From Paramoeba atlantica (taxonomy: Eukaryota; Protista; Discosea), in NCBI GenBank assembly GCA_977017575.1, contig CDRNVI010000009.1, positions 124,001 to 188,000 of the forward strand: a stretch of DNA of 64,000 nt, written 5' to 3'. The notes below the pieces were generated by a model, which worked only from the letters and a program-made list of their open reading frames with translations, had not been told where the DNA came from and ran no database searches. Made by a program: the position numbers and the translations under genes. This document shows positions 11,517 through 24,083 of the stretch, piece by piece (the stretch's first letter is position 1; each line of letters starts with the position of its first letter).

Positions 11517-13763
11517 TCACTTCATGAGTTCTAAAATTGCGCTCGTCTGTGGCTTATGATACGGACTAATTAAGTACGACTTTCGAAGTCTGAATCCATA
11601 AAGATAACATTCTCTCAAGAGATTTCTCAGCTGCACATCTTGCAGCAAATCATTAGACAAAACATAGAGTGCCATGGTGCTCCAAGCGTTCTTTGCAAGC
11701 ACCTTTAGCAACTCCGTCAGTCCCTCACCCGTATCCAACACTAAAACAACGACGTGCCTTTGCTCACGAGATGGGAATCCCATTTCAAATTTCGTCGTAA
11801 ATCGATTCCGTTCAACAAAATCTTCAAGTTGATATTGTGCGGAAAACGCCTTTGACACCTGTTCGGACACCCCCATAAACACGCGCTCCAGCCCAGGCAC
11901 CAGCTTCGCCAGCGCCGCAACCTCCGGACACAACCTCGCTGCTAACCCTCTCCCCCCTCCGCATACCACCAAACCCATTGGACTTAACGGCACCACACAC
12001 TGCAACAGTGTGCGGCACACCAGTCGCATCCCCTCCACATCCAGACGGTACCCCCAGCCGGGGGCATCCATCCGTAGCGGGAGCACAATCTGTACCCCTG
12101 CGAGCCCGAGGCGGTCGTACACCACCCCTTGACCATATAAAATCTTTGTAAATATTCGCCCCTCACCTCCACTCGGGGTCGTGTCCTTAATTTGTACCGC
12201 AATATGATGCGACCCGGTAAGCACCGGGTACTCCACCCCCTCCAGAAGAGACTCCACAAGGGAGCGCTCTCGTAACGAGAGTCTTGGGGTACACTTTAGA
12301 GCGTGTGGGGGAGGCTGCGAAGAGGAGAGGTTTCCCCCTCTTCTCCATCCTGTTCCCATTGCCCCCCTCCGGTCTATCCCCCCCTCCTCCCCCTCCTCCT
12401 CCATCTCCCCATGACACAAACAGTAGTTATGGGTACCGCGGCCATACACTCGAATACGAGTAAGCAGCTGCTCCTGCTCCTCCGTACCCTCATCCACAGG
12501 GGTACTCCCCCCCCTATGTTGGGCGTACTCAGGAAGTAGACCACGACCACCACGACTACTCGTGTGATCCCTACCCGTGTGATCCACAACACCCATCGTA
12601 CCCGTATGGCCCCGATCACGGGGATCACGACTCCTCTGTGCGGGGTCGTGAGGGCGTAGACCACTCGTACCCCTCCCACGGGTAGGGTCCAACCCCTGCA
12701 GGTGGGCTGTACCTGTCGGTGGGCTACCCCCCGTGGCACTACCCCTCCCCGCGGCTGCCGCACTCGTGTGGTACACACTCACACTCACGACGTGGGAGGT
12801 GGGGGTCGGGACCTCATGGGGTCCCGGGACCAGGGGGTGAGCGGCCCACCAGGGGGTGAGCGCTTGAAGGGCGTGTCGGGTCACGCGGGTGAGGAGGGGG
12901 CAGATGGGGTGGATGGGGAACACGAGGGTGGGGGGAGGGAGGGGAGGGGTGGAGAGAGGTTGTGGGTTACCCCCTTGGTGGCTACCCCCTTGGTGGCTAC
13001 TCCCTTGGGGACTGCTCCCTTGGGGGCTACCCTGTTGGTAGTTCCCCCCTTGGGGGTTCCTCTCTTGTGGATTACTCCTGTGTTCTCTTGTTGGTTCATT
13101 GTGTTCTTCTTGTGGGTTACTCGTTTTTGTAATTGAAGAAGAGGAAGAAGAAGCAACCGTAGAGTCTACGTTGTTGTTGTTCTTCGTTTCTCTTCTATTA
13201 CTTGAAGAGACGAGGAGGGGAGAGGAAAAGGAAGGGAGGTCGGTTCCGGGACGTACCCCGACGGTACGTTGGCCTGTGTGGGGGTGACGTCCGAAAAAGA
13301 AGGTGTGGGATCGGGTGGGGGTGTTGGCGAGGGGGAGGACATTCGCGGAGAGTACCTGGAAAGGGGGATGGGTTTCCGCCACGCCGTGCTGCGGGGGGAG
13401 ACAGGATTGTAGAAAGTGGGTCGCGAGGACGGTTTTGTACTTTTCTTGGTAGGCCGCGGACATCGCACGCCACGGACAGCGAGAGCAGGTGAGCCCGGAG
13501 AGAGGGCAAGGGGCGTGCGTAAGGTTTCGACGAGAGGGGCTCACGGCGTGGAGCTTACCCTGGGAGCGAAGCAGGGAGGGGGCATTGCGTTCATTGCATT
13601 GAGCGAGTACGTCGTGGTCGAGCTCGATATAATCCCCGGGAAGCACCCAGGAGAGGGGGATGCCACGGGATGGATCCCCCGGCGACGTGTGAGGTTGGGA
13701 TGAGGGAAGTTTTACTCCGAACGGGTGGCTCGTGGAGTTTACGACTTGCACAGGGAGTCGCAT
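11517..13763 (-). CDS. Divergent TRAM/RlmD-Trm2-like RNA (uracil-5) methyltransferase-like protein, 748 aa
   Basis: VLPGDYIEL (TRAM-like) then SPSRR...CPLSGLTCSRC...YQEKYK resembling the RlmD Fe-S motif; C-terminus aligns loosely to motifs DPPRxG and YVSCN but lacks them; long low-complexity inserts. Confidence 0.55.
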   Translation of the reverse strand: MRLPVQVVNSTSHPFGVKLPSSQPHTSPGDPSRGIPLSWVLPGDYIELDHDVLAQCNERNAPSLLRSQGKLHAVSPSRRNLTHAPCPLSGLTCSRCPWRAMSAAYQEKYKTVLATHFLQSCLPPQHGVAETHPPFQVLSANVLPLANTPTRSHTFFFGRHPHTGQRTVGVRPGTDLPSFSSPLLVSSSNRRETKNNNNVDSTVASSSSSSITKTSNPQEEHNEPTREHRSNPQERNPQGGNYQQGSPQGSSPQGSSHQGGSHQGGNPQPLSTPPLPPPTLVFPIHPICPLLTRVTRHALQALTPWWAAHPLVPGPHEVPTPTSHVVSVSVYHTSAAAAGRGSATGGSPPTGTAHLQGLDPTRGRGTSGLRPHDPAQRSRDPRDRGHTGTMGVVDHTGRDHTSSRGGRGLLPEYAQHRGGSTPVDEGTEEQEQLLTRIRVYGRGTHNYCLCHGEMEEEGEEGGIDRRGAMGTGWRRGGNLSSSQPPPHALKCTPRLSLRERSLVESLLEGVEYPVLTGSHHIAVQIKDTTPSGGEGRIFTKILYGQGVVYDRLGLAGVQIVLPLRMDAPGWGYRLDVEGMRLVCRTLLQCVVPLSPMGLVVCGGGRGLAARLCPEVAALAKLVPGLERVFMGVSEQVSKAFSAQYQLEDFVERNRFTTKFEMGFPSREQRHVVVLVLDTGEGLTELLKVLAKNAWSTMALYVLSNDLLQDVQLRNLLRECYLYGFRLRKSYLISPYHKPQTSAILELMK

Positions 13764-14307
13764 GAGTGGGTTAAAGGTATTAAGCTACGCTCACGTAAAG
13801 CTTGTGAGGGAATTTGCTCGTCGCGGACCAGAAAACGCTATGTCGCTGTCCATTACACATACATGTATGCGTGTGCAAAAGGAGTACATGTGTGCGTTGA
13901 TATATTGTAAATTACGTTTCTTTTAATGCTCTTTGTGATAGAGACCGATTTCAGGCTACTGTAAGTTGGCTATAAATGGGACTTAGTTATCGAATAAATT
14001 CTGTCATGAACTAAAAAATTGTTAATTTTAGAAAATAATAGTGGCGTCGAGAGCTTTCAAAAATCCGTCTTGTTGGACATGCATCGTTTTTGAGGTTTTG
14101 ATATGAGTGCTGTCACCCCCCCGCCGGTTTCGGTACTTTCCTTTTTCCCCTCGAAATCCTGCCTAGTCGCCAAATAGCATATTTGGCGACTCATTACTCA
14201 GGAAATGTCACCGCATTTTTCAGGTGCACGTTGTGGTTCCAAGGAACACGGAGCACCGTTGTAAGTACGTACAATGCAATTCTTGTTTAAAGATATGTAT
14301 TTATGTG

Positions 14308-14828
14308 GAGGGTTGAAACCTATGAAAGGCAAAACTTGGCAAAACCCGCATATTCCTCATTGACGTGGCGAAGAAAAGTACTATGTCAAATTTAGTGAAG
14401 AACATACTTGGTCTCCATCGTGCGCTGCAAAACATTTTTTGCGCCACAGAAAATGAAAATTTTGAAAAAAATACTTTTTGAAACAGACCCCCAGAAAGGG
14501 TAGCCAAGGTCTTGGCGCACATTTTCCACCCTCGTACTCGGGGACAACCCCCCTGGTATCAACAGGACGGGGCCGCCGAGTTCAGTTTTTTCCTAAAAAA
14601 ACTTGAAAAACAGGTCAACTTGGCGAAAATCATGGCTTAAAAAATAGTTTTTCAAAATCGTTTCACCTATTTTGAGAGTTTGAGACCCATACTAGCTTTC
14701 TACGCCGTTGTTTTCACAAGATACCCCTTCTGACACGCCTCCCGAATGACGCCCAAAAAAATAGGTGTCCTGACAAAACCAGGCAAAACTTGGTAAAACC
14801 CGGCAAAACCTAACAGGTTTCAACCCTC
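14308..14828. mobile_element. Small TIR element with GGCAAAAC subterminal repeats
   Basis: GAGGGTTGAAACCT at 14308 and AGGTTTCAACCCTC ending 14828; no TSD recognised; same terminus motif near 40085. Confidence 0.55.
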
Positions 14829-14865
14829 AGAGTATTACGATCCCTTTTTATCTCCAAATTACATT

Positions 14866-15535
14866 ATGGGACGTCCCTCTAAGTCTTCTTGTACGCCTAG
14901 GCCCCCTGGATCAGTTCCCATTCGGATTCCCGCGCACATTGCGGAAAGACTCCCCCACGTTGAAGCACGGCAAACCCCATCTTCAAATTCAGAAATTGAC
15001 CCTGAGGCTTCGGAACCAACTCCTAGTTCCACATCATCATTTTCTCAGCGGACATAAGTAGAGCGAAAGGACGCGGCTGATACTCTTCGTATGCATTGAG
15101 TATACGCCCCAAGTTAAACTGCCTTGGATTTTGCGTCTAGTGCGGCACAATTTCATCGAAAGCGGAAGGAGCGGGGCGGCAACAAAATGCTCCAGAAAGC
15201 ATGGATAACGGACAACTTCGAAGAGGAGCTTTGCACTGATCGTGTGGACTGCACTTTATACGGCAGAAAGCACGCTGATGAACAAAAGACACTTCGTGAC
15301 AACATGCGGCAGCTGTTTCACCTGAAGTGCCGACATTGCGGCGAAATTTCTCGCTCCTATGGCGAGAGTCATTACAACGCGTCCCGGCCTTCAAAAGTCC
15401 GAGCCAAAAAAAGCAATGCCTGAACAGGGCTCGGCTCGAAACGTCCAGGAATACTGGAGTCATGTATTTCCATCGGTCATCGCAACAACAAACATTCCCT
15501 TATCAAAGGCTCTCCGTACACAACAAACTTTGATG
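14866..15535 (+). pseudogene. Possible degenerate hAT-like transposase N-terminal fragment
   Basis: Broken frames give LKCRHCGE (BED-finger-like) and WSHVFPSVIATTNIPLSKA, reminiscent of hAT N-termini; multiple stops. Confidence 0.3.
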
Positions 15536-16708
15536 AAATTGGTACCAAACGGTACACGCAAGGAAGATATAGTTGTATAGTGTCAGTGTACATTTGCATA
15601 TGTTTTGGCTTGGGACTGGAAACTGCGGAGTTAGAAAGCTATGTATACATCCCTAATCATAACACATAGACGTGTTAAAATAAAGCAAAATTCGCTTTTT
15701 CAAAAAAAAGTCTTTTTCTGTTCATAAAAATGTTGTGTAAAGAAATTAAAACTTTCCGCCTCTAGCTCTCAACCTAAAATGAATACAACGACGATGTTCT
15801 TGTAGATTATCTAGGATGCGCAGCATTACATCGCCGCCATTGCATCGTACACTGCAGTTGCATTTTAAGAATGGTGCCACTGCACCATGAGAACCTCTGT
15901 GACGTTACATCCTTTACAGGGCATATCTTGGAGTTGAGAAGAGTGTGAACCTGAACAAAAAACGATTTTTTTCGAAAAAATTTGCTCGACCATGACCCCC
16001 CCCCTGGACCCCCCCTCTGGACCCCCCCCTGGACCCCCCATTTTTTTCAATTTTTTTTTTCAGTTTTGGTCCACCGGAGCCCCCTTTTATATTTTTTTCT
16101 TCTATTATATTACTGTGTTCCCCTTTATATTTTCACTGCTTTTGTTCACTTTTTTTGCAATAATCGACGGTAGAGCGGTAGTTATACAACCACCGCAACT
16201 GTATACTGTAGTTCAAAGTTCAAGCCTGCTGTACAAAAGGTGCTATACAATCAATGACCATTTACTGAATGATTACTCTTTTTAGAAAAAAAATTGTAAG
16301 CGTACCTGCCATAAATACCTGCAATCTTGGCAGTCACTGGAGGTCAGTCGCTGGCAGTCACTGGAGGTCACAGGAGTCCACATCCGACTTTCAGAAAAGC
16401 TGTTTTACCGACTATAAAATTATTATAAATTTATAATATAGAAATCAATGAGAGACAGGATACTAGTGCTACTAGAAACCTAGAAAGAACACGACCGAGG
16501 AAACTCGTGAAAATCTTACTAAATCTGAACTGAAACCTCACTGAACGAAACTGAGGCCCTCAGCCCTTCACATGATGGAACCGTTCCAACTTTTTTCTCT
16601 AATTTTTAATTTTCGAGCATGCAATTTTTTTTATTACTTATTCACAAAAAAGAGAATTTATGACTCTGACGATCTGTGTATCATAGAACTAATACATTGT
16701 AACTTAAA

Positions 16709-17317
16709 TCACTCCCAATAGGGAGTGAAAGTTTGAACACAAAGAGGAATAAATCCAGAAGGAAGAGTTAGTTCGGTATCGTACATCGTAAGCATTTGTA
16801 GGCCATGAGGAAGTTTCGAAAAATCAGGTACTCCTTGAATAGGATTGCGACTAAGGTTGATCTCTATCATTGTTTCTGGAAAAGCGGTAAAATTCACACT
16901 ACCTTGTATGTTGTTTCTACAGAGATCCAATAGGCGAAGCGAAGGAGGAAGATCGCTTACTTCAAGGGACCCGCTGATACCCAAATCAGAGAGAATTAGT
17001 TCTAAGAGACCTCGTGGTAATGCTGCAAAATCAACGTGCGGAATTTCATCAAAACGGAAAAATGCGGACCTCATATTCAAATGCAACAAAGAGTTCGGTA
17101 GAGAAGACCATTGGAACTCACCAGAAAGACCAAGGAGACCCCATTCGAGTCTTACGACATTATTTGTTTCGTCACATTTCACACGCTCCCACTCACACGC
17201 GGGGGTGTGCGTAGTCCATGATTCTAGAGAATTGGGAAACGTTTTAATAAAGAGAGCGAGAGCGTACTCTTGTGGTAATTCTGCACTACGAACTCGATGT
17301 GCCACAGGGTCTGACAT
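16709..17317 (-). CDS. Leucine-rich repeat protein, 202 aa
   Basis: Near-identical paralog of 4547..5158. Confidence 0.85.
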   Translation of the reverse strand: MSDPVAHRVRSAELPQEYALALFIKTFPNSLESWTTHTPACEWERVKCDETNNVVRLEWGLLGLSGEFQWSSLPNSLLHLNMRSAFFRFDEIPHVDFAALPRGLLELILSDLGISGSLEVSDLPPSLRLLDLCRNNIQGSVNFTAFPETMIEINLSRNPIQGVPDFSKLPHGLQMLTMYDTELTLPSGFIPLCVQTFTPYWE

Positions 17318-17383
17318 ACAATAATGTTTATAATTTAGAATTGTAAAATCAATGCCTAAGTAAATTCAGTGATAGTTCGTATA

Positions 17384-18312
17384 TAAACCCCCCACAGCGA
17401 ATAAGTCACCCCCCTCTTTTTTTTGTACAACGAGGCTTAGGGGGGTTGCGGCACCACTTTCTCGTTCAAAATTTTGAGATCTGCACGTTCCCGCTGTTTT
17501 TAGACCTCTTAACAGATAACAAAATAAAACTCATTTTTTTAATGACGTTTTTACATAGTCATGCTAATATTACCCAAAAAATCTCATGTTCCTCGACCAG
17601 GGGGGGAGAAGGGGGTCAACATGAAAATGGTGTCACAGATCTTCGCTAGGGGAACGAGATCTCTCGATTGCAACAAAAATGATCAGAAACAGATAACAAA
17701 CATTCAATTTGTCACGTGGTGGAATATTTGTCTTTGATTAGTTCTTTCTTGAAACGGTGATAAATCAACTTTTTTAAGCTGTCCCCTTTACTTTTTGCTT
17801 GAAGGGGCCTAAGGGGGTCAAGATATCATTTTCTCGTTCAAAATTCTGAGATCTACACGTTCCCACCATTTTTAGATTATTTTAGAAACTGAAAAAGAAA
17901 ATTGTTTTTAGGTTCTATTTTTTTGCATCGTCATACCATACTAATTTAACAAAACAAACACTCCGCGGCCAGGGGGCACAATTGGGTCAATATTAAAAAA
18001 TAGCGGCAAAGATCTTTGCTAGGAGAACGAGGTCTCTCGTTTGCAACAAAAATCAGCAAAAACGGACAAAAATAATTGAATTTCTCATGAGAGGAGAAGA
18101 TTTATTTTGTTAAAGTGTGAGAAATTGGTCTCTTGAAAAATGTGAAGAAAGTGATAATCCATCTATCGGATGCACGCATTTGAGAGCCTTGGTTCCATGC
18201 TATAACGCGCAAAGTCTTTGTGTTGGGAACAGCGAAATGCAACAAAAATGAGCTCAAACGGACACTTGGCTGAAAAGTAAGAGGGGGATGACTTTTCGCT
18301 GTGGGGGGTTTA
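17384..18312. mobile_element. Non-autonomous Tc1/mariner-type element, 929 bp
   Basis: TA|TAAACCCCCCACAGCGAATAAGTCACCCCCCTC ... GAGGGGGATGACTTTTCGCTGTGGGGGGTTTA|TA; termini related to the 9133 element; no ORF. Confidence 0.88.
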
Positions 18313-18789
18313 TATTGTATGCAACCTAAATGCTGAATATTTCTAAAACGGTATACATTAAGTAAGTTCATAAAATATCCGGCTAATTTATTTTTCCACT
18401 ATAATTTTTCATCACCTGCCCAACTTACGACTGGGAAATTTCTCGTTTACAGTTCGTTCTCCAGTCGCAAATGCCCTGCTCGCTTGTGCTGTGCCGGCTC
18501 GCTGCTAGCTTTATGTCGTAATTTTCGCTGACTACGTAGAATTTGAATATCCACAAGCTTAATTTCTCAAGTCTTACAAAATAAATTCAAGATGGTACAT
18601 AGTTTTTTTTTTTAGCCAGTCGGGTTAAACCCGAGTCCCAGCAAACAATAAAATTTTTTTTTGTTGTAAAGTTAGTCAATTAATATTTTGTACATCCATA
18701 GCGGTGGCCCCCGCTGCAGATGGTTTTATTTTAGCGTTTGAACAATTATTTTCCTTTCCGGTATGATTATGCCTGCATATTTTCATTGC

Positions 18790-19446
18790 CTAATCCTGAA
18801 ACTTCCTGCTCCAAGAATCAGCGATGTTTTCTTCTGAGCGGATATAGGATGGTTCAATCTTTAGTCTACGCGCTTCGGTAAAATTTAGGATTGTATCGAG
18901 GACAGAAGACATGGCGCTGGAGTTCGACCATTTTCGCTGTATAGCAGCCGCTGCACTCGTGTTATCTATTCGCAATTTAATATGTGTAATGTTAGACCAA
19001 TGGTCATCGAATGCATGTAAGGCATTAAGTACAGCTTGCGTCTCCCCACGATTTATTTCTGTGTCGGTTTTCCTTTGGGCACCAGTGGCGTAAATTGTGC
19101 CGCGCGGCAAAAAGAGTACTGCTCCCCATCCGCTGAGCGACGCGTCAGTGTATAACGTTGCCGTTTTGTTTGTAGTACGTTTATCTATCTCATACTTGGT
19201 CCAAGGATTTCGCAGTACACATTGCAGCCATTCCGATAACTGGTGCCTCACTCCGTGTGATAGGATTAGTTCAGTATTATCATGTATTATCGCCTTATTT
19301 AACCGCGAAATCTGACGTCTTGTATACTTAATGGCCCAATAGTAAAGAGGTAGATGAATAGGAAGAGTACCGCTGGCATATATCAAGCGTGCCGTCAAGG
19401 TCTCTAGTTCATGAAACGGCATTTTTGTTGGAATGACCGCAGGCAA
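18790..19446 (-). pseudogene. RT C-terminus/RNase H of VIPER-like element
   Basis: LYTDASLSGWGAV, INRGETQAV, LRIDNTSA, YIRSEENIADSWSR = DIRS-type RNase H motifs. Confidence 0.9.
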
Positions 19447-19560
19447 CTTCTTTACAAACCTACAATGTATCTGCTAATTTATACATTTTGGCGCTGTGGT
19501 CATATTGCACACCGAGGAATTCATATTCAGGTCCATTGTTGGAATCAATTTTCTTAAAAG

Positions 19561-20183
19561 TCATTCGAAGTGGCTTGGCGCCATCCATTTCTCGTATTGG
19601 CGGCGCTCATGCTCCGATCCGGACCACCGTAACCCGTCCGAATAAATGTCGAGATCTCCGCATTGGGGAAATGAAGTTTGTGCATAATCAGGATGTCCCG
19701 CCATAACCGCTGTCAGTGTATGCTGAATTTCAGGTGCGCACATGTGCCCCATAGGCATCCGTGTTATTTGATAAAGTTTTCCTTTGTACTGAAACCGGTA
19801 GTATGCCCGCGTGATCGGGGGCAACCCAACCTGGTAAAATCCGCATTGTAAATCCCTCTTAATTGCACCACTATGTTTAATTCGAGGAATCTAACTACCA
19901 GGCTGTGAGACAGGGACGTTTGCTGTATAGTGCGGCTCTATAGCCGAATTTTGCGCCTTCGGCCAAACGATGAATCGCCGCCGCGGACCGTCATTCCGAA
20001 ACTCTAAAGCCGTGAAAGGGACTGTGAAAGGGTGTACTGTGCCTTTTGTGGGGTGGAGCTGCTCCTCTTCAATACTTTCATGTTCAATTATACCGGTTTC
20101 CTTTAGGTTATCAATGTCCTTACTACTTAATGATGAATCATTCGAATTGTTCAAGTTAACGTATGGAACCGGAGGCTTGTATA
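19561..20183 (-). pseudogene. Reverse transcriptase core of VIPER-like element (frameshifted)
   Basis: RRFIVWP...; YYRFQYKGKLYQITRMPMGHMCAP; LDIYSDGLR at the YxDD position. Confidence 0.8.
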
Positions 20184-21740
20184 CAGGGGGGGGGGGCACG
20201 AAAACTGACTAGCTTCGCATTTTAGCCTCGTGAGGCCGTTTGAGCTAATTTTTGTTGCAAACGAGAGATCTCGTTCTGAATATCGTGTCTACGCTATTTA
20301 GAACTCGTTTGTATAAACCCGATATTTTGCATTTCGAAAATACTGAACTTTAAGACGATTTATTTTGCAAAAAGCATAAAAAATAGTAAAAAAGTTGGTT
20401 TTCTCTTCTTTTTTCTTCACTATGGGCAAGCGGCATAGATTAAACCGTCGCCAATTGTCCCCAGAGCAGTCTTCGTATTCCATACGCATTGTTTGCGCAC
20501 ACGAAAGACATCGTGGTACAAGTATTGAAGACACGGCACGAATAATGAACTGTTCTGCGAGCTCTGTCTATCGGTACAAGGCACGTTTTGATGAGTCAGG
20601 TGACACGTGCGAGCTACTCGCGCGATAATGCCGTTGATACGGAGGAATTCCGTGCTATGCTCTGTACCCTTGTTGATGATGAGAAAGACACGCCATTCGG
20701 GTGTCCGGGGTTCAAATGGGTACACAAGAGAGTGGACAAGACACTTTATCCTTGTAGTCTGAACACCGTAAAACGGAGTTTGAAAAGGATGGGATACGTC
20801 ATTAAGACTATGTCACACAAACCTTTCTTAACTGCTGAGCACAAGGCTGCCCGATTACAACTTGCTGATTACTTCGATGGATGGAGTCCAGATCAGCTGT
20901 CCCGTGTGGTATGGTGTGACGAGAAGATTTTCCGATGTGGTTCACATGGGAAAAAAATCACATATCTTGCAAAAATCACTGACCCCCCAAGGAAACACCA
21001 GTAGAAATGGATAGGTGGTACGGGGGGAAGGGAGTGCATGTATTCATGGCAACCAGTCTGCGTTGGGAAGTACCCGATGCGTGTTTCCACGAGTTTTCCC
21101 AGAATGAAACCGTAACAAACGAAGTTTTTCTGAGAACAATGAAGAAGCGAAATGGGTTTTTTAACTGGATGCATCGGCGGCCGGGGGCTGCTGTTGTCCT
21201 TGACAATGCGCCAGGGCACGGGGCAGCCCGGAGAATAGGTAAGCTGGAAGGAATTAAAATTATTGACTGGCCTTCGAAATCTCCTGATCTCAATTTGATT
21301 GAGAATTTGTGGAGTATGATGGATAAGTACATCCACACCCATCTTCGTCCGAAAAATCGAACGGAATTGCAAGCTGCTATTCCTAAGGCGAAGGACTACT
21401 TGTTGGCAGAGTGTCACGAGGCGTATGTGAACACGTTACAGAGTCTTCCCACACGCCTCGCTACTCTACGTGAGCGTGGAGGTGGGAATACTGGATATTA
21501 AGACTTAGTTTCTACCGCGAAAGGCCAAAAATTACTATTTTGCGCTCTTTTTTCAATTTGCAAAATCTCAAAAATTTCAGTTTTTCGACCCATGGGAAAG
21601 GCTTGCTTTCATCAGTTTTTGTATTCTAAATAGCGTAGACACGATATTCAGAACGAGATCTCTCGTTTGCAACAAAAATTAGCTCAAACGGCCTCACGAG
21701 GCTAAAATGCGAAGCTAGTCAGTTTTCGTGGCCCCCCCTG
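20184..21740 (+). mobile_element. Tc1-like transposon (frameshifted DD32E transposase) inserted in the VIPER RT ORF
   Basis: ~120-bp TIRs starting CAGGGG, TA TSD at 20182-83 and 21741-42; ORF pieces 20395-21501 with WCDEK, LDNAPGH, WPSKSPDLNLIENLW; removal restores RT frame ...VMSDIYKPPVPY... Confidence 0.93.
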
Positions 21741-21991
21741 TATATCACTCATCACTGCGTCAAACCTTTTACGTACTTCCGGTTTCATGTATTCACGTGC
21801 CTTTGTTATATCCATGATCCCCGTTTTGCGAGCATGAATCGGGTATTCCATTTCTTTTTGATTTGGTTTACGCGTTCGGTTTCGGATCCTACCCAAAGAT
21901 CTTCATGGAGCCCAGAGTATCGCGTCATCCTCGTGTGCCCACACGCTTCGGGAGAGATCAAAACGGGCAATTTTCGCTTTAATTTGATTAT

Positions 21992-22579
21992 TCAAAGGAG
22001 GAACGATGCATTTTGCGTGCCCATTGCGATGGTCGTGGTCTCGTTTATCCCTGAGTATCGTAGTAGAGTACTGAGATGCTTGTGGTTTGCAATTCTCATG
22101 ATATGCTCGAGTTCCACTTTCCCCTGAGCCACGTACCGCATCAGCGTACGTACTGCTCCATGCTTGATGGAGTGGGAAGAGAATGCGTTGCCGAACTTGG
22201 CCCGAAGAAACTGTGTTACTTGCATTGTTGTCACTGGAGCCACCTTTTGCCGTGGGCGAAGGTGACGAATATAATCGTAAATCTCTTGTACATGCTTTCC
22301 CTCGATCACTACGAAGCTGTCTGGGCGGTAAGGCTGATCTTTTGTCGTTTTGGTTTTGCGCCCCCAGTAAATGACTATTCTGGTCGGAGTTAACAGTATG
22401 AAATCTTGTCTTGTTAGGTTCGCCACTTCTCCAATTCGTGAAGCTGTTTTGTATGCGATTTTTACGACCATATCGAAGGGCATGGTCCGAACAGCGAGTT
22501 CGAGATTCCAAGGTGATATTGGCTCCGCTTGATGTATTGGTTCTGCTGCCCCTTGTCTCGTTAAGACCTTTGCGTACAT
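21992..22579 (-). CDS. Tyrosine recombinase of VIPER-like element
   Basis: TASRIGEV (catalytic R), KTKT, SHSIKHGA, ANHKHLSTLLRY (H...Y). Confidence 0.88.
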   Translation of the reverse strand: MYAKVLTRQGAAEPIHQAEPISPWNLELAVRTMPFDMVVKIAYKTASRIGEVANLTRQDFILLTPTRIVIYWGRKTKTTKDQPYRPDSFVVIEGKHVQEIYDYIRHLRPRQKVAPVTTMQVTQFLRAKFGNAFSSHSIKHGAVRTLMRYVAQGKVELEHIMRIANHKHLSTLLRYSGINETTTIAMGTQNASFLL

Positions 22580-22841
22580 CTCGGCTCTGTTTTTCCGTAT
22601 GTTGCGCTGTTTCCCGTTTTGTGATTTCTATTTGCTGGACGTGGTTTGCCGATGTTATTAGATGTGCATTGTTTGTTCGCGTTGCTGGACACGTTTCCTG
22701 GGGGAGAGTCATATAATCGGCTTGTTTTAGTAATTGATAAGTTTGGGGAAGGAGCGTATAACTTACTGGTTGTAATTGACGTACTCGTTTTGCTGTATGG
22801 TTTGAAAACTGGCTTTCTGCCGGGAGGCGGACTGTAGCTAG

Positions 22842-24083
22842 TCATCTTGTTGCGCCAGGCCCCCCTGTGGAAAAATCCTGACCACCACGGTAGCGTACTC
22901 CAGGTCTCCCTCGTGAGTATGATCTACCACGTCCACCTGCGAATCCCCGAAAATAAGCACGCGAATAAGAAGGGGAATAATTTAACTGAGTATTAGGGTA
23001 TTGTGACCTGAAACTGTACCGATAAGGAACTTGAGCTCTGTTGTAATCAATACTCCGGCGCAACATAGTACCCAAACTATCGTTTGGCTCACAAGAATTC
23101 GAATACTGTGTAACGATGTACTGGAAGTCACCTCCTCTCATGATGGCAAGTTTCATGCGCAACATATCAAGAACGTGTTGTCCTTGTTGCGCATGCGCTT
23201 GGTACATGTGGGCATCAATGCCTCCACGTGCAAATGTGTCTCGAAGAAAATACATTAAACCATCCCATGCCTCCAACACTGATTGTGGCATGCTCGCAGG
23301 CACATGCAATTCCGATCGAATTCGCTGGACCAGGATCTCTAGTGCGAACTTGTTGTCCGAAGAGAAATATACATTCTAAGTCTTAATGTCATAAATTTTG
23401 AACTGGGATTCCTTGACATCATTCTCTGGTCCATCTCCCCCACACGTCATGAGTTCAATGCGTTTGTATTTTACTCCTGCATTCGGAATTGAGTAGACAC
23501 AGCCATTCCGAAATATCACGTCCAGCTTAACCCTAACTTGTTCATCCAATACTGCGCGCGGTGAACCAATCCATGTTGCGTCACGTTCCGGGCCAAAAGT
23601 TTCGCTGTACCAGGTGACCTTGATCTCACAATCACGTACTTCTAAAGCGGCAGCGATTTCGTTTATTTTGTCTCCCAGTTCGTGGTCTGTCATCGTGGAA
23701 GTTCCGTGAGATGGTACAAGGGTAGGTTGAGGTTCAGCCGGCAGGATCGATTGCAATTGAGGTCGTGACTGTGGTTGAGTATTGCTCCGCTCACCTTGGT
23801 CGTATAGCCAGTCTTCTTGACGCACCTGTGTTGACGTTGTGCTGTTCGCATTCCGTTGTGTTCCAGTCAAATTACTTAATTGGGTAGATATGTCCGCCAC
23901 TTTGTTCACGAGCTGTTCCACTATAGAACGAAGTGCCATGCTCGTTTCCGTCATCTCATTGCTTGCTTGGGTAACCGGTTGTGAAGCCGTTGCAGCCTCT
24001 GCACTCTCGGGGCCACGAGAGCCCAAAGCTTGTGCTTCATTTTCACTCGATGCCGCTGCGATTTGAGAGCGAGTTTGCGGCAT
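22842..24083 (-). pseudogene. Gag-like ORF of VIPER-like element with one in-frame stop
   Basis: ORFs 23376..24083 and 22842..23309 are in the same frame; position directly upstream of YR; RGG-rich C-terminus. Confidence 0.65.

Larger units (their letters stand above)
18790..24083 (-). mobile_element. Degenerate VIPER/TATE-like tyrosine-recombinase (DIRS-order) retrotransposon, order gag - YR - RT/RNase H
   Basis: gag-like 22842..24083 (in-frame TAG at 23376-78, RGG-rich tail), YR 21992..22579, RT pieces 21896-21743 plus 20183-19561, RNase H 18790..19446; true ends not located. Confidence 0.85.

Noticed and set aside
11824-13926. Numerous overlapping ORFs on both strands
   Set aside because: Shadows of the GC-rich low-complexity 748-aa gene.
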